DNA of 38,785 nucleotides from Patescibacteria group bacterium (GCA_035291485.1 DATDSA010000010.1:1-38785); one strand, 5' to 3'; counted from the stretch's first letter, positions 8,870-17,886 are shown. Numbers and translations: made by a program. Notes: generated by a model from the sequence alone, not told the origin.

Positions 8870-8905
8870 AATGGACGGCCCGGCTGTGCCGGACCTAGCA
8901 TTGTT
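8870..8905 (+). repeat. Hairpin element copy, forward, directly upstream of ychF
   Basis: AATGGACGG / GGCCCGGC-TGT-GCCGGACC / TAGCATTGTTCG. Confidence 0.85.
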
Positions 8906-8918
8906 CGCTTCGCTCACA

Positions 8919-10025
8919 ATGTCATTATCCGTCGGCATCGTTGGTTTACCCAACGTTGGAAAATCAACTCTTTTTAATGCGCTCTTGAAAAAGCAGGTCG
9001 CCTACGTCGCCAACTTCCCCTTCGCCACCATCGAGCCCAATGTGGGGATTGTCCCGGTCCCGGACCCCCGCCTCGACCAGCTCGCGCTCATAATCAAAGA
9101 GAGCGAGAGGATGGAAGATCTGCCGCCGAAAGTCCCCGCCACAGTTGAATTTTTGGACATCGCCGGCCTCATCGCCGGCGCCCACAAGGGAGAAGGGCTG
9201 GGAAACAAGTTCCTCGCCCACATCCGGGAAACGAACGTGGTCTGCCACGTCCTACGCGTCTTCACCGACCCCGAAATAATTCGGGAAGGAAGCGCCGATC
9301 CCCGCAGCGATTTCGAAACGGTGGAGACGGAGCTGAAGCTGGCCGATCTTCAAACGTTAGAGAAGCAGGCCGAACCAAAAGGAACAACCTCCAAAGAGGA
9401 CGCAATCCGCTGGCGGGCCGTTTCCAAGCTGAAAGAAGCTCTTCGAAAAGGAACCGCCGCCCGAGAGGTCCCCCTCGACGAAGGAGAACAGGAAGCCGCC
9501 CGGGCCCTCTCTCTGCTCACCGCCAAACCGATCCTGGTGGCACTCAACGTGGACGAGGCCGATCTCAAAAAAACCGAAGAGTCGGAGGAGAGATATTCCC
9601 AGGAGCTGGGAGTAGCACGAAATCAGGTCGTCACCATCTGCGCCAAGACCGAGGCCGAGCTGGCCGATCTCTCCCCGGAGGAACAGGCGGCTTACCTTAA
9701 GGAACTGGGAGTAGGGGAATCGGGGTTGGAGAAACTCATCCAACGAGCCTACGCCACCCTGGGGCTGATCAACTTCCTCACCGCCGGCACCATCGAGGTC
9801 CGAGCCTGGACGATCCAAAAGGGGACAGCCGCCCAACAGGCCGCCGGGGTCATCCACAGCGACTTCGAGAAGAGCTTCATCAAGGCGGACGTCGTTGACT
9901 TCGAAACCTTTGTGGAAGTGGGCGGTTGGCAGGCGGCGCGGGAGCAGGGAAAAGTCCGGTCGGAGGGCAAGGAGTATCTCGTCCAAGACGGAGAAGTGGT
10001 CGAGTTCAAGATCGGCGCCTCCTAG
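8919..10025 (+). CDS. ychF: Redox-regulated ATPase YchF
   Basis: MSLSVGIVGLPNVGKSTLFNAL P-loop is present. The C-terminal TGS-like region contains IHSDFEKSFIKA. The start is set at ATG 8919 because YchF proteins begin a few residues before GIVGLPNVGKS. Confidence 0.9.
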   Translation: MSLSVGIVGLPNVGKSTLFNALLKKQVAYVANFPFATIEPNVGIVPVPDPRLDQLALIIKESERMEDLPPKVPATVEFLDIAGLIAGAHKGEGLGNKFLAHIRETNVVCHVLRVFTDPEIIREGSADPRSDFETVETELKLADLQTLEKQAEPKGTTSKEDAIRWRAVSKLKEALRKGTAAREVPLDEGEQEAARALSLLTAKPILVALNVDEADLKKTEESEERYSQELGVARNQVVTICAKTEAELADLSPEEQAAYLKELGVGESGLEKLIQRAYATLGLINFLTAGTIEVRAWTIQKGTAAQQAAGVIHSDFEKSFIKADVVDFETFVEVGGWQAAREQGKVRSEGKEYLVQDGEVVEFKIGAS

Positions 10026-10029
10026 AGGT

Positions 10030-10058
10030 TTGACAGCCAACGCCGGCACCCCTATCAT
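10030..10058 (+). promoter_or_regulatory. Near-consensus sigma70-type promoter for the small ORF
   Basis: TTGACA (10030-10035), a 17-nt spacer and TATCAT (10053-10058), followed by AGGAGG at 10071-10076. Confidence 0.6.
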
Positions 10059-10081
10059 AGGAGCAGAGGAAGGAGGAAGAC

Positions 10082-10309
10082 GTGGGCTACGTTTACTTCG
10101 TCAGCTACGTGATCATGAGAGGGACCCTGGACGGAGGAAGGAACGACACCTTCGGGAACACGCGGTTGGTGCTCCCGCGGAAGATCAGCTCGATCACTCA
10201 GATCATCCAGGCCGAGAGATCGATCAGTCGGAGGAGGGAAGCGGTGATCCTCTTCTATCAGTACCTGGGGAAGGATACCAAGAAAAGAAAGAAACGATCT
10301 CTCAACTAG
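10082..10309 (+). CDS. Small basic hypothetical protein (75 aa), stand-alone transcription unit
   Basis: GTG start lies 5 nt after AGGAGG. The gene has its own promoter upstream and its own terminator downstream. No family recognised. Confidence 0.65.
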   Translation: MGYVYFVSYVIMRGTLDGGRNDTFGNTRLVLPRKISSITQIIQAERSISRRREAVILFYQYLGKDTKKRKKRSLN

Positions 10310-10317
10310 AACCACAC

Positions 10318-10346
10318 GCCGATGGACCAAAATCCCATCGGCTTTT
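10318..10346 (+). terminator. Rho-independent terminator of the small ORF
   Basis: GCCGATGG-accaaaatc-CCATCGGC is followed by TTTT. Confidence 0.7.
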
Positions 10347-10357
10347 CATTTGAGAAA

Positions 10358-10396
10358 AGCGAAAATGCTAAGTCGCCGCAGGCGGCCGTCGATTTG
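10358..10396 (-). repeat. Hairpin element copy, reverse orientation
   Basis: Its reverse complement ACGGCCGCCTGCGGCGACTTAGCATTTTCGCTTTTCTCAAATG is nearly identical to the copy at 8831-8873. Confidence 0.85.
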
Positions 10397-10583
10397 CTTT
10401 CTTCTCTCAAAAACGAGTAAAAATAGGGCGGGCGAGGTTTTCCTCTGCGGATCTCCTCGCCCTGAAAAGTTCAGAGATGTTTTCTCCCGTAAAATCGCTT
10501 CCCAAACGTCTCGAATTTTGATAGAATAAATAGGTTTGGTTTGCTCTGCCCCTAGCCACTAAACCCTAGTTTCCCTAATCGAG

Positions 10584-10620
10584 AAATGGACGGCTCGCTA
10601 ACGCGAACCTAGCATTTTCG
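10584..10620 (+). repeat. Hairpin element copy, forward, directly upstream of gyrA
   Basis: AATGGACGG / GGCTCGC-TAAC-GCGAACC / TAGCATTTTCGC. The gyrA ATG lies 22 nt after the T of TAGCAT. Confidence 0.85.
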
Positions 10621-10630
10621 CTTTGCTCAA

Positions 10631-13186
10631 ATGAAAGAAGAAAAAACACCCGAAATTCCCGAATTGCCCCAAGGAAAAATCCTCACCGTCCCCGTCACGG
10701 GGGAGATGGAAAAAGCCTATTTGGATTATGCGATGAGCGTCATCGTCGCCCGGGCCCTGCCGGACGTCCGCGATGGGCTGAAGCCGGTCCAGCGCCGCAT
10801 CATCTATGCGATGCACGAGCAGGGAATGAGCCCGACCACCAAATTCTCCAAATGCGCCGCGGTGGTTGGGGAAGTGATGAAAAAATTCCATCCCCACGGA
10901 GACATCTCCATCTATGATGCGCTCGTGAGAATGGCGCAGAATTTCTCGATGCGCTACCCCCTGGTCGACGGCCAGGGCAACTTCGGTTCGATCGACGGTG
11001 ATTCGCCGGCGGCGATGCGATATACCGAGTGCCGCCTCGCTCCCTTGACCGATGAACTCTTGGCGGACATTGGAAAGGAAACCGTTCTCTTCGGGCAAAA
11101 CTATGACGCGACTACGACCGAACCGAACGTTCTTCCCGCGGCAGTGCCGAACCTCCTCCTGAACGGTTCTTCCGGGATCGCGGTCGGAATGGCCACGAAC
11201 ATCCCCCCCCACAATCTGGGAGAGATTTTGGACGCCCTCGTGGCGATGGTGCAAGCGGCGAAAGTCTCCGGAGAAGTTGACCAGCACCAGGCCGACTACA
11301 GTCTTACGGTCGAGGACCTGATGCAGTTCGTTCCCGGCCCGGATTTTCCGACGGCCGCCTTGGTTTACGGGCAGGACGAGATCGCCCGGGGCTACGCCAC
11401 CGGCAAGGGGAGTGCCGTGATGCGCGCCAAAACCGAGATCACCGAGGAAGAAGGCCGGAATCGGATCATCGCCACCGAGCTGCCTTATCAAGTTAACAAG
11501 GCGACCCTCCTCGAAAGGATTGCCCAACTCGTAAAAGACGGGAAAGTAAAGGGGATCGGCGGCCTGCGGGACGAATCCGACCGCGACGGAATTAGGGTCG
11601 TCGTTGATCTCAAGAAGGAAGCTCGACCCCAGGCGGTCCTGAACTATCTCTTCAAGCACACCGAACTCCAAACCACCTTCCACATGAACATGGTCGCGCT
11701 TGTTGATGGGCAGCCGCAGACCCTGACGCTCAAAACCATCCTCGAAGAGTTTCTCAAACACCGCTACCAGGTCGTCCTCAAAAGGATAAGATTCTTACTC
11801 GGACAAGCCAAGCAACGTGAGCACATTCTGCAGGGATTAAAGATCGCCCTGGACCACCTCGACGAGGTAATCGCGACCATCAAGAAATCCGCCGACACCG
11901 ACGACGCTCGGACCAACTTGATGAAAAAGTTCGGCCTCACCGAAATCCAATCTCAGGCCATCCTGGACATGCCGCTCAAACGCCTTTCCGCCCTGGAGCG
12001 CGAGAAGATCGAGCAGGAGCTGAAGGATATCCTGGAAGAGATCAAACGCCTGGACCTGATAATTTCCAAACCGCAAAATATCTACCGGGAAGTCGAGAAA
12101 GAGCTCCAGGAAGTTAAAGAAACCTACGGTGATGAGCGCCGCACCAAAATCTTCAAGAAACGGATTGGGGAATTCAGCGAAGAGGAGTTGATCCCGGAAG
12201 AAGACGTCATTATCACGCTGACGGAGGATGGATACATCAAGCGCCTGCGGGAAGAGACCTACAAACGGCAGGGCCGGGGAGGAAAGGGCGTGGTCGGAAT
12301 GAAGACCAAAGAGGAGGATACGGTGGAACAGATCCTCCCTACCTCGACCCACGACGAGGTTCTCTTCTTCACCAACAAGGGGCGAGTCTATAAGCAGAAG
12401 GCTTACGAATTGCCCGAGGCAACTCGCCAATCAAAGGGCACGGCGATAGTCAACATTCTCGACCTGGAATCGGAGGAAAAAGTCGTGATCATGCTCCGCA
12501 TTCCCAAGAAAGACCTCAGACCAATCCATCTTTTCATGGCCACCGACCACGGCACTGTCAAGAAGACGGCGCTGACCGATTTTGAAAACATCCGCCGGAC
12601 GGGGATCATGGCGATCCGCCTTAAGCCCCAGGAGAATCTCATCTGGGTCAAACCGACCTCCGGTGAGAACGATATCGCCCTGGTGACCAGAATGGGCCAG
12701 TCCATCCGCTTCAAAGAGGCGGACGTCCGCTCCATGGGCCGAGCGGCGGCCGGCGTCCGCGGCATCAGAATCGGCAAAGGCGATGAAGTGATTGCGACCG
12801 AAGTGGTTGTCAATCCGAAGGACTACCTCCTCACGCTCTCCGAACGCGGGGTCGGCAAGCGCACCCGTCTCGCCGAGTACAAGACCCAGGGCCGGGGCGG
12901 TTCCGGTATCCTCACTCACCGCGTCACCGCCAAAACCGGTAAACTGGTCAGCGCCCGGATCGTCGAGGAAGCCAAACAGAACGACATGCTTCTTACCTCC
13001 CGCCGCGGCCAGGTGATTCGGCTTTCGCTCAAACAGGTGCCGATCCTGGGCCGAGCCACCCAAGGGGTTTATCTGATGCGCTTGAACGAAGGGGATTCCG
13101 TCTCGGCGGTTGCTTTCATGGAAGAGGGAGAGGAACCGGATGTGTTGCCTCCGAAAGAGGGAGAGGAAGAAGAAAAGCAGGAGTAA
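10631..13186 (+). CDS. gyrA: DNA gyrase subunit A
   Basis: Motifs [14 protein letters not shown], the active-site region AAMRYTE, and C-terminal beta-pinwheel repeats with QGRGGKG are present. 851 aa. Confidence 0.97.
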   Translation: MKEEKTPEIPELPQGKILTVPVTGEMEKAYLDYAMSVIVARALPDVRDGLKPVQRRIIYAMHEQGMSPTTKFSKCAAVVGEVMKKFHPHGDISIYDALVRMAQNFSMRYPLVDGQGNFGSIDGDSPAAMRYTECRLAPLTDELLADIGKETVLFGQNYDATTTEPNVLPAAVPNLLLNGSSGIAVGMATNIPPHNLGEILDALVAMVQAAKVSGEVDQHQADYSLTVEDLMQFVPGPDFPTAALVYGQDEIARGYATGKGSAVMRAKTEITEEEGRNRIIATELPYQVNKATLLERIAQLVKDGKVKGIGGLRDESDRDGIRVVVDLKKEARPQAVLNYLFKHTELQTTFHMNMVALVDGQPQTLTLKTILEEFLKHRYQVVLKRIRFLLGQAKQREHILQGLKIALDHLDEVIATIKKSADTDDARTNLMKKFGLTEIQSQAILDMPLKRLSALEREKIEQELKDILEEIKRLDLIISKPQNIYREVEKELQEVKETYGDERRTKIFKKRIGEFSEEELIPEEDVIITLTEDGYIKRLREETYKRQGRGGKGVVGMKTKEEDTVEQILPTSTHDEVLFFTNKGRVYKQKAYELPEATRQSKGTAIVNILDLESEEKVVIMLRIPKKDLRPIHLFMATDHGTVKKTALTDFENIRRTGIMAIRLKPQENLIWVKPTSGENDIALVTRMGQSIRFKEADVRSMGRAAAGVRGIRIGKGDEVIATEVVVNPKDYLLTLSERGVGKRTRLAEYKTQGRGGSGILTHRVTAKTGKLVSARIVEEAKQNDMLLTSRRGQVIRLSLKQVPILGRATQGVYLMRLNEGDSVSAVAFMEEGEEPDVLPPKEGEEEEKQE

Positions 13187-13192
13187 AGGACT

Positions 13193-15370
13193 CTACAGTT
13201 GCAGGCGGCGCAGCAGCTGAGCGTTCGCCGAAACAATCACGGTCGAAGCCGACATCAGGACCGCCGCCACCGCCGGCGCCAGGACAATCCCGAAAGGGGA
13301 GAAGAGGCCGGCCGCCGCCGGGATCGCAAAAACGTTGTACCCCGTTGCCCAAACCAGATTTTCAATCATCTTTCGGTAGTTCGCTCGCGCCAGCTTGATG
13401 ATCTTAACGATATCCCGTGGGTCGTTCTTGATCAGGACGATCCCGGCCGATTCGATCGCAACGTCGGTGCCGGCCCCGATCGCCACCCCCACGTCCGCCG
13501 CCGTTAGCGCCGGAGCATCGTTGATCCCGTCGCCAACCATCATCACCCGGCTCCCATCGGCCCGCAGTTTCTGGACCATCTCCGATTTGTGTTCCGGCAG
13601 AACCTCAGCAAAGTACTCCTTTAGCGCCAGCTCCTTCGCCACCCACTCCGCCACCGGTTTGGCATCCCCGGTGACCATCGCCACCCTGATCCCCATCTTC
13701 TGCAGGGCTGGGACGGCCTGCCGAGATTCCGGCCGAATCAGGTCCGCCACCCCGAAGGCAGCCGTGATCTTCTTGCCGACCAGCAGGTAGACCACCGTTT
13801 TCCCCTGCCGGGAGAGCTTATCCACCGCCGGCTTGATCGTGTCGGGAACCCTGGCCTTCATCTCTTCGATCAGACGAGGGCCGCCCGCGTAGACCACCTG
13901 GTCGCCGATCCTACCCTGGATCCCGCGACCTGGGATCGCTTTCGTCTCCGCCACGTCGAGCAGCTTCAGTTTGCGGTTCTGGGCCTCCTTCATGATCCCC
14001 TCACCGATGGCGTGCTCCGAAGATGTTTCGAGCGATGCTCCCCACTGCAGCGCTTTTTCCTCCCCCCACCCGGGAATGGACAGAACATCCGTCACTCCCA
14101 GCTGGCCGGAGGTGAGGGTTCCGGTTTTATCAAAGAGGACTACATCCACCTTTCGGGCTAATTCCAGCGCGAGTTTCTCCCTAATTAGCAGACCGGAACG
14201 GGCCGAGAGAGTCGTTGAGATGGACGTCACGAGAGGGATCGCCAACCCCAGGGCGTGGGGACAGGCGATTACCAGGACCGCCACCGCCCGCTCCAGCGCA
14301 AAGGCCGGGCCCTCACCGGCCAGCAGCCAAACCACTACCGTCAGAGCTCCGGTCGAAACCGCCACAACTGTCAGGTAGAAGGCGGCCCGGTCCGCCAGCT
14401 CCTGGATCCGGGAGCGGGAGGCCTGGGCCTGGGCGACCAGCCGCATAATTCCCGCCAGGGCCGTCTTCTCACCGATCCTGGTGACCCGCACCTTGAGAGC
14501 ACCGGTCCCGTTCAAAGTCCCGGCAACCACTAAGCTACCAACCTTCTTTTCCACCGGAAGCGACTCCCCGGTGATCATCGATTCGTTGACGCTCGTTTCT
14601 CCTTCGACAACCTCACCGTCAGCCGGAATCTTCGCTCCGGGCCGAACGAGCACGACGTCATCCACCGCCAGCTGGGACAGGGGGACGGTTTCGGCGAGCT
14701 CACCGACCATCTTTTCGGCCGTGTCCGGGAGAAGCCTCGCCAGTTCCTTCAACGCTCCGGAAGCGGAAGAGACCGCTCGCATCTCGATCCAGTGCCCTAG
14801 AAGCATGATCGTGACCAGAGTAGTCAACTCCCAAAAGAGCGGCTCGCCGAGCGGCAGAAAGAGGGTGGCGATGCTGTAGAGATAGGCGACCGAGATCGCC
14901 AGGGCGATCAGGGTCATCATTCCCGGGAGCCGCGCTTTTAGTTCCTTACCGGCGCTCTTCAGAAAGACTAGTCCGCCATAGAAGAAAACGATCGTCGAGA
15001 AGAGCGGAGAAACCAGGTCGGAGTAGGGGAATGACGGCGCGGTGAATCCAAAAACCCGCTGGACCAGAGCGGAGTAGAGGACCACCGGAGCTGTCAAGAT
15101 GAGAGAGAGCCAGAAACGGTCTCGAAACATGTTGACCGAATGATTGGCATGGCGATCAACGGCGGGGTGTTCCCCAGCCGGGTGATTGGTTGATTGGCTG
15201 ATCGGTTGATTGGGAACGTGGTGCTCGCAGTAATAATGAATCACCCCCTGGGCGTCTTTGACGGCTGCGGTGGCCAGCATGCCGCAGAGCTCGCACTTAG
15301 TACCGGGCGGAATAGGAATAGTTTCGGGAGCAGGAATTGGATTTCCGGTTTCGTGCTGGTGTTTTTCCAT
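13193..15370 (-). CDS. copB: Heavy-metal P1B-type ATPase, CopB-like (CPH motif)
   Basis: Motifs [15 protein letters not shown] and TGES are present, with a transmembrane CPH in [10 protein letters not shown]. The N-terminus has a YHS/TRASH-like CELCGM...YYCEHH motif and a His-rich stretch. The start is set at ATG 15370 (MEKHQHE) so that the palindromic operator stays upstream. An alternative TTG start at 15415 exists. Confidence 0.88.
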   Translation of the reverse strand: MEKHQHETGNPIPAPETIPIPPGTKCELCGMLATAAVKDAQGVIHYYCEHHVPNQPISQSTNHPAGEHPAVDRHANHSVNMFRDRFWLSLILTAPVVLYSALVQRVFGFTAPSFPYSDLVSPLFSTIVFFYGGLVFLKSAGKELKARLPGMMTLIALAISVAYLYSIATLFLPLGEPLFWELTTLVTIMLLGHWIEMRAVSSASGALKELARLLPDTAEKMVGELAETVPLSQLAVDDVVLVRPGAKIPADGEVVEGETSVNESMITGESLPVEKKVGSLVVAGTLNGTGALKVRVTRIGEKTALAGIMRLVAQAQASRSRIQELADRAAFYLTVVAVSTGALTVVVWLLAGEGPAFALERAVAVLVIACPHALGLAIPLVTSISTTLSARSGLLIREKLALELARKVDVVLFDKTGTLTSGQLGVTDVLSIPGWGEEKALQWGASLETSSEHAIGEGIMKEAQNRKLKLLDVAETKAIPGRGIQGRIGDQVVYAGGPRLIEEMKARVPDTIKPAVDKLSRQGKTVVYLLVGKKITAAFGVADLIRPESRQAVPALQKMGIRVAMVTGDAKPVAEWVAKELALKEYFAEVLPEHKSEMVQKLRADGSRVMMVGDGINDAPALTAADVGVAIGAGTDVAIESAGIVLIKNDPRDIVKIIKLARANYRKMIENLVWATGYNVFAIPAAAGLFSPFGIVLAPAVAAVLMSASTVIVSANAQLLRRLQL

Positions 15371-15379
15371 CTGGTTAGA

Positions 15380-15396
15380 ATACCCCCCTGGGGTAT
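15380..15396 (-). promoter_or_regulatory. Perfect 7-3-7 palindrome, CsoR-type operator candidate in the copB promoter
   Basis: ATACCCC-CCT-GGGGTAT is a perfect inverted repeat. On the minus strand it lies between TTGTTA (15401-15406) and TATTCT (15377-15382), with the ATG 6 nt after the -10 element. Confidence 0.6.
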
Positions 15397-15411
15397 ATGA
15401 TAACAAAGGAA

Positions 15412-16827
15412 TCAAGTCAGGCGCTGTTCGAGCGGTTTGCTCTCGAAGGAGACTGAGTTCACCGCCCGCTGGACCACCTCCGACAGAGAGGGGTGGATGT
15501 GGATCGAATTCTTGATGGCGTCCAGGTCGCCGCCGGCCGCCGCCAGCGCCACCACCAGCTCGTGGATGAGAATGGAGGCATCGGTTCCCAGGATGTGGGC
15601 CCCCAGGATCCGGCGGGTCTTGGGATCGGCAAGGATCTTCACAAACCCGTCTTCGTCCTGGAGCGCCTTGCCCATACCGGTTTTGATGTAGGGATATCTG
15701 CCAACCGTGTACTCGATCTTCTTATCTTTCAAGTCCTGCTCCCGCGCTCCCACCCCCGCCACCTGGGGAGAGGAGTAGATGGCGTGGGGCATGACCCGGT
15801 AGTCCACCGCGGTTTTTTTGTCATCCAGGGCGTTCAGGATCACGTGTTTCGCTTCCCAATTCGCGCCGTGCTTGAAGGGCGCCTTTCCGACGATATCCCC
15901 CAACGCCCAGACACCGGGAACGGATGTTTCCAGGTACTCGTTCACCTCCAGATAGCCCTTTTCCGATAGTTTAAAGCCGGCCTTGTCGCACTCGAGCGTG
16001 TCAGTGTTGGGAACCCGGCCCGCCGCCACGAACAAGACATCTCCCTTGATCTCCTGGGACTGACCGGAGACCTCCACCGTCACCGTGACTTCTCCCTCTT
16101 TTCCGGGGGGAGGACCCGCCACCTGTTTTATCGTTGCATTCTTAACCACGCGGTAGTGAGAGGAAAAGACCTCCGTGAACTTGGCCGCGATCTCTTCATC
16201 CTCATTGGAAATCAGGAGCTCGCCGCGGTCGATCACGGTGATCTCGCTCCCCAGGCTTCCAAAAAAACTGGCCATCTCGCAGGAGATGTAGCCGCCGCCG
16301 ATGAAGACTACGCGGGCGGGAAGTTGGGGGAGGCGGAAGATGGTATCGGAGGAGTGGAAGGCGGTCTTGTCCAGACCGGGGATCGGGGGAATGGTGGGGC
16401 GGGTCCCGGCGGCGATGACGATCTTCTCACCCTCGATCTCCTCGTCGCCGACCGTCAGCCTCTTTGGTCCGGTAAAATGGGCAAACTTTTTGAAGAGAGT
16501 GTACTTGGGATTGGCTCGAACCGCCTCCTCGATGCCGGCGGCTTCTTCATCCACGAATTCCATCGTCCGGGCGATGATCCCCGGAAAATCCACTCCCTTG
16601 ATATCGGCCTGGATGTTGAAGGCCCCCGCCCGCCGAACCGTTTCCGCCACCTCGGCGGTTTCGATCAACATCTTGGAGGGGATACAGCCGCGGTTCAGAC
16701 AGGTCCCGCCCAACGGCCCGGGTTCGATCAAGGCCACCGAGAGGCCCTGCCGAGCGGCGTGGGAAGCGACGTTCAATCCCGAACCGGCCCCGATCACGAT
16801 CAGATCAAATTTGCGCATACAAACCAT
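15412..16827 (-). CDS. FAD/NAD(P)-dependent pyridine nucleotide-disulfide oxidoreductase (dihydrolipoyl dehydrogenase / mycothione reductase-like)
   Basis: Motifs [10 protein letters not shown], the redox-active [13 protein letters not shown] and a C-terminal dimerisation domain with HIHPSLSE are present. No C-terminal Cys pair, so it is not MerA. The start may be MRKF at 16818. Confidence 0.85.
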   Translation of the reverse strand: MVCMRKFDLIVIGAGSGLNVASHAARQGLSVALIEPGPLGGTCLNRGCIPSKMLIETAEVAETVRRAGAFNIQADIKGVDFPGIIARTMEFVDEEAAGIEEAVRANPKYTLFKKFAHFTGPKRLTVGDEEIEGEKIVIAAGTRPTIPPIPGLDKTAFHSSDTIFRLPQLPARVVFIGGGYISCEMASFFGSLGSEITVIDRGELLISNEDEEIAAKFTEVFSSHYRVVKNATIKQVAGPPPGKEGEVTVTVEVSGQSQEIKGDVLFVAAGRVPNTDTLECDKAGFKLSEKGYLEVNEYLETSVPGVWALGDIVGKAPFKHGANWEAKHVILNALDDKKTAVDYRVMPHAIYSSPQVAGVGAREQDLKDKKIEYTVGRYPYIKTGMGKALQDEDGFVKILADPKTRRILGAHILGTDASILIHELVVALAAAGGDLDAIKNSIHIHPSLSEVVQRAVNSVSFESKPLEQRLT

Positions 16828-16896
16828 GTTAGCAATTCTTACCCCGTGCTATCATGGAGCGGTAAAAATTCATCCGGAGAAAGGGAGAAGGCCGAC

Positions 16897-17886
16897 ATGA
16901 AAGATCAGTTGGGAGTTCTGGATTCGACCCGCTATTTTCTAAGAATGGGGGTGGTCGAGATCGATCACAGCTCCGTTTCGGCGGCAGCCAAAACGATCCC
17001 GCTCGAAGACGTGAATCACTTCGCCAAGCCGCTCTTCTTCCTTGAGGGCTGGACGTGGGAAGAGAAAGTAGCGATCACGCTGATCCGCAACGCCGTCAAC
17101 TTCTCCTTCTGGCCGGACCCCGGCGAAACCCGCTGGACAGTGCGCGGACCGGGGGACAAGATCCTGGACGGCTCCACCGCCGCCTACTTCCGCATCGAGA
17201 AAGCAGTCCGCCTGGGGCTCATCAACCCCTTCTACTTTCCGTTCCTCTGTCGGCTCGACAAGGACGAACTGTCCCAGATCTTTTTAGGGTACGGAGGCAG
17301 CGAGATCCCGATGTTGGAAGACCGCCTCCGGTGCCTGGAAGAGTTGGGGAGGGGAGTCCCGATCCGGGGACCGGACGGGATCAGGGACCTTCTGGACAAG
17401 AATGGCCGGTCGGCGCTGGGACTCGTCCGTTACCTGGTGTCGTGTGTTCCAAACTTCGACGACACCGTGGACACTTGGGGAGACGGGGAGACTACAAAGT
17501 TCTACAAGCGGGCTCAGCTCGCCGCAATGGAGATCCAACGGGTCCTGTTGGACGAGCATCGGGAAGGGTTCGCGGACATCGGCGAACTCACCGCTCTATC
17601 CGATTACCGGCTTCCGCAGCTCTTCCGGGATTTGGGGATATTGGTCTACCAGAGGGGACTCGCCCAGATCGTCGACGAAGAAACGGATCTCCCTCGAGAT
17701 TCCATTGGTGAGGTTTGCATCCGCGCCACTACCGTCTGGGGCGCCGAGTACCTGCGGCTGGAGCTGGAGAGGCAACTGAAGCAGCCGGTCACCGCCGCCC
17801 AGCTCGACTACGTTCTGTGGAAGAAAGCGCGCGAGCTGAAGGATTCGATGCGCCCCCACCACCGGACCCGCACGACCGCATACTGA
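16897..17886 (+). CDS. Queuosine salvage protein (DUF2419 / Qng1-like)
   Basis: ATG follows GGAGAAAGGGAGAAG. Motifs FYKRAQ, SDYRLPQ and the C-terminal HHRTRTTAY are characteristic of DUF2419 as I recall it. The upstream part of ORF 16156..17886 is antisense to the oxidoreductase gene. Confidence 0.75.
   Translation: MKDQLGVLDSTRYFLRMGVVEIDHSSVSAAAKTIPLEDVNHFAKPLFFLEGWTWEEKVAITLIRNAVNFSFWPDPGETRWTVRGPGDKILDGSTAAYFRIEKAVRLGLINPFYFPFLCRLDKDELSQIFLGYGGSEIPMLEDRLRCLEELGRGVPIRGPDGIRDLLDKNGRSALGLVRYLVSCVPNFDDTVDTWGDGETTKFYKRAQLAAMEIQRVLLDEHREGFADIGELTALSDYRLPQLFRDLGILVYQRGLAQIVDEETDLPRDSIGEVCIRATTVWGAEYLRLELERQLKQPVTAAQLDYVLWKKARELKDSMRPHHRTRTTAY

Noticed and set aside
8747-8905. Possibility that the clustered hairpin repeats (also at 1353-1430 and 19450-19535) are a small CRISPR array.
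   Set aside because: The copies differ in stem sequence and in orientation. Their spacing is irregular (0-45 nt), there are at most three per locus, and no cas genes are present.
8871-8918. Upstream ATG 8871 as the ychF start.
   Set aside because: The extension MDGPAVPDLALFASLT is the translation of a hairpin-element copy. YchF proteins start a few residues before the GIVGLPNVGKS P-loop, which matches ATG 8919.
10598-11761. 387-aa minus-strand ORF inside gyrA.
   Set aside because: It is fully antisense to an unambiguous gyrA. The translation is Gly/Arg/Val/Asp-rich with no recognisable motifs. This is the typical shadow ORF of a GC-rich coding region.
16156-16896. N-terminal 247 codons of track ORF 16156..17886.
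   Set aside because: This part is antisense to the oxidoreductase gene. The recognisable DUF2419 sequence starts at ATG 16897, which has its own SD.
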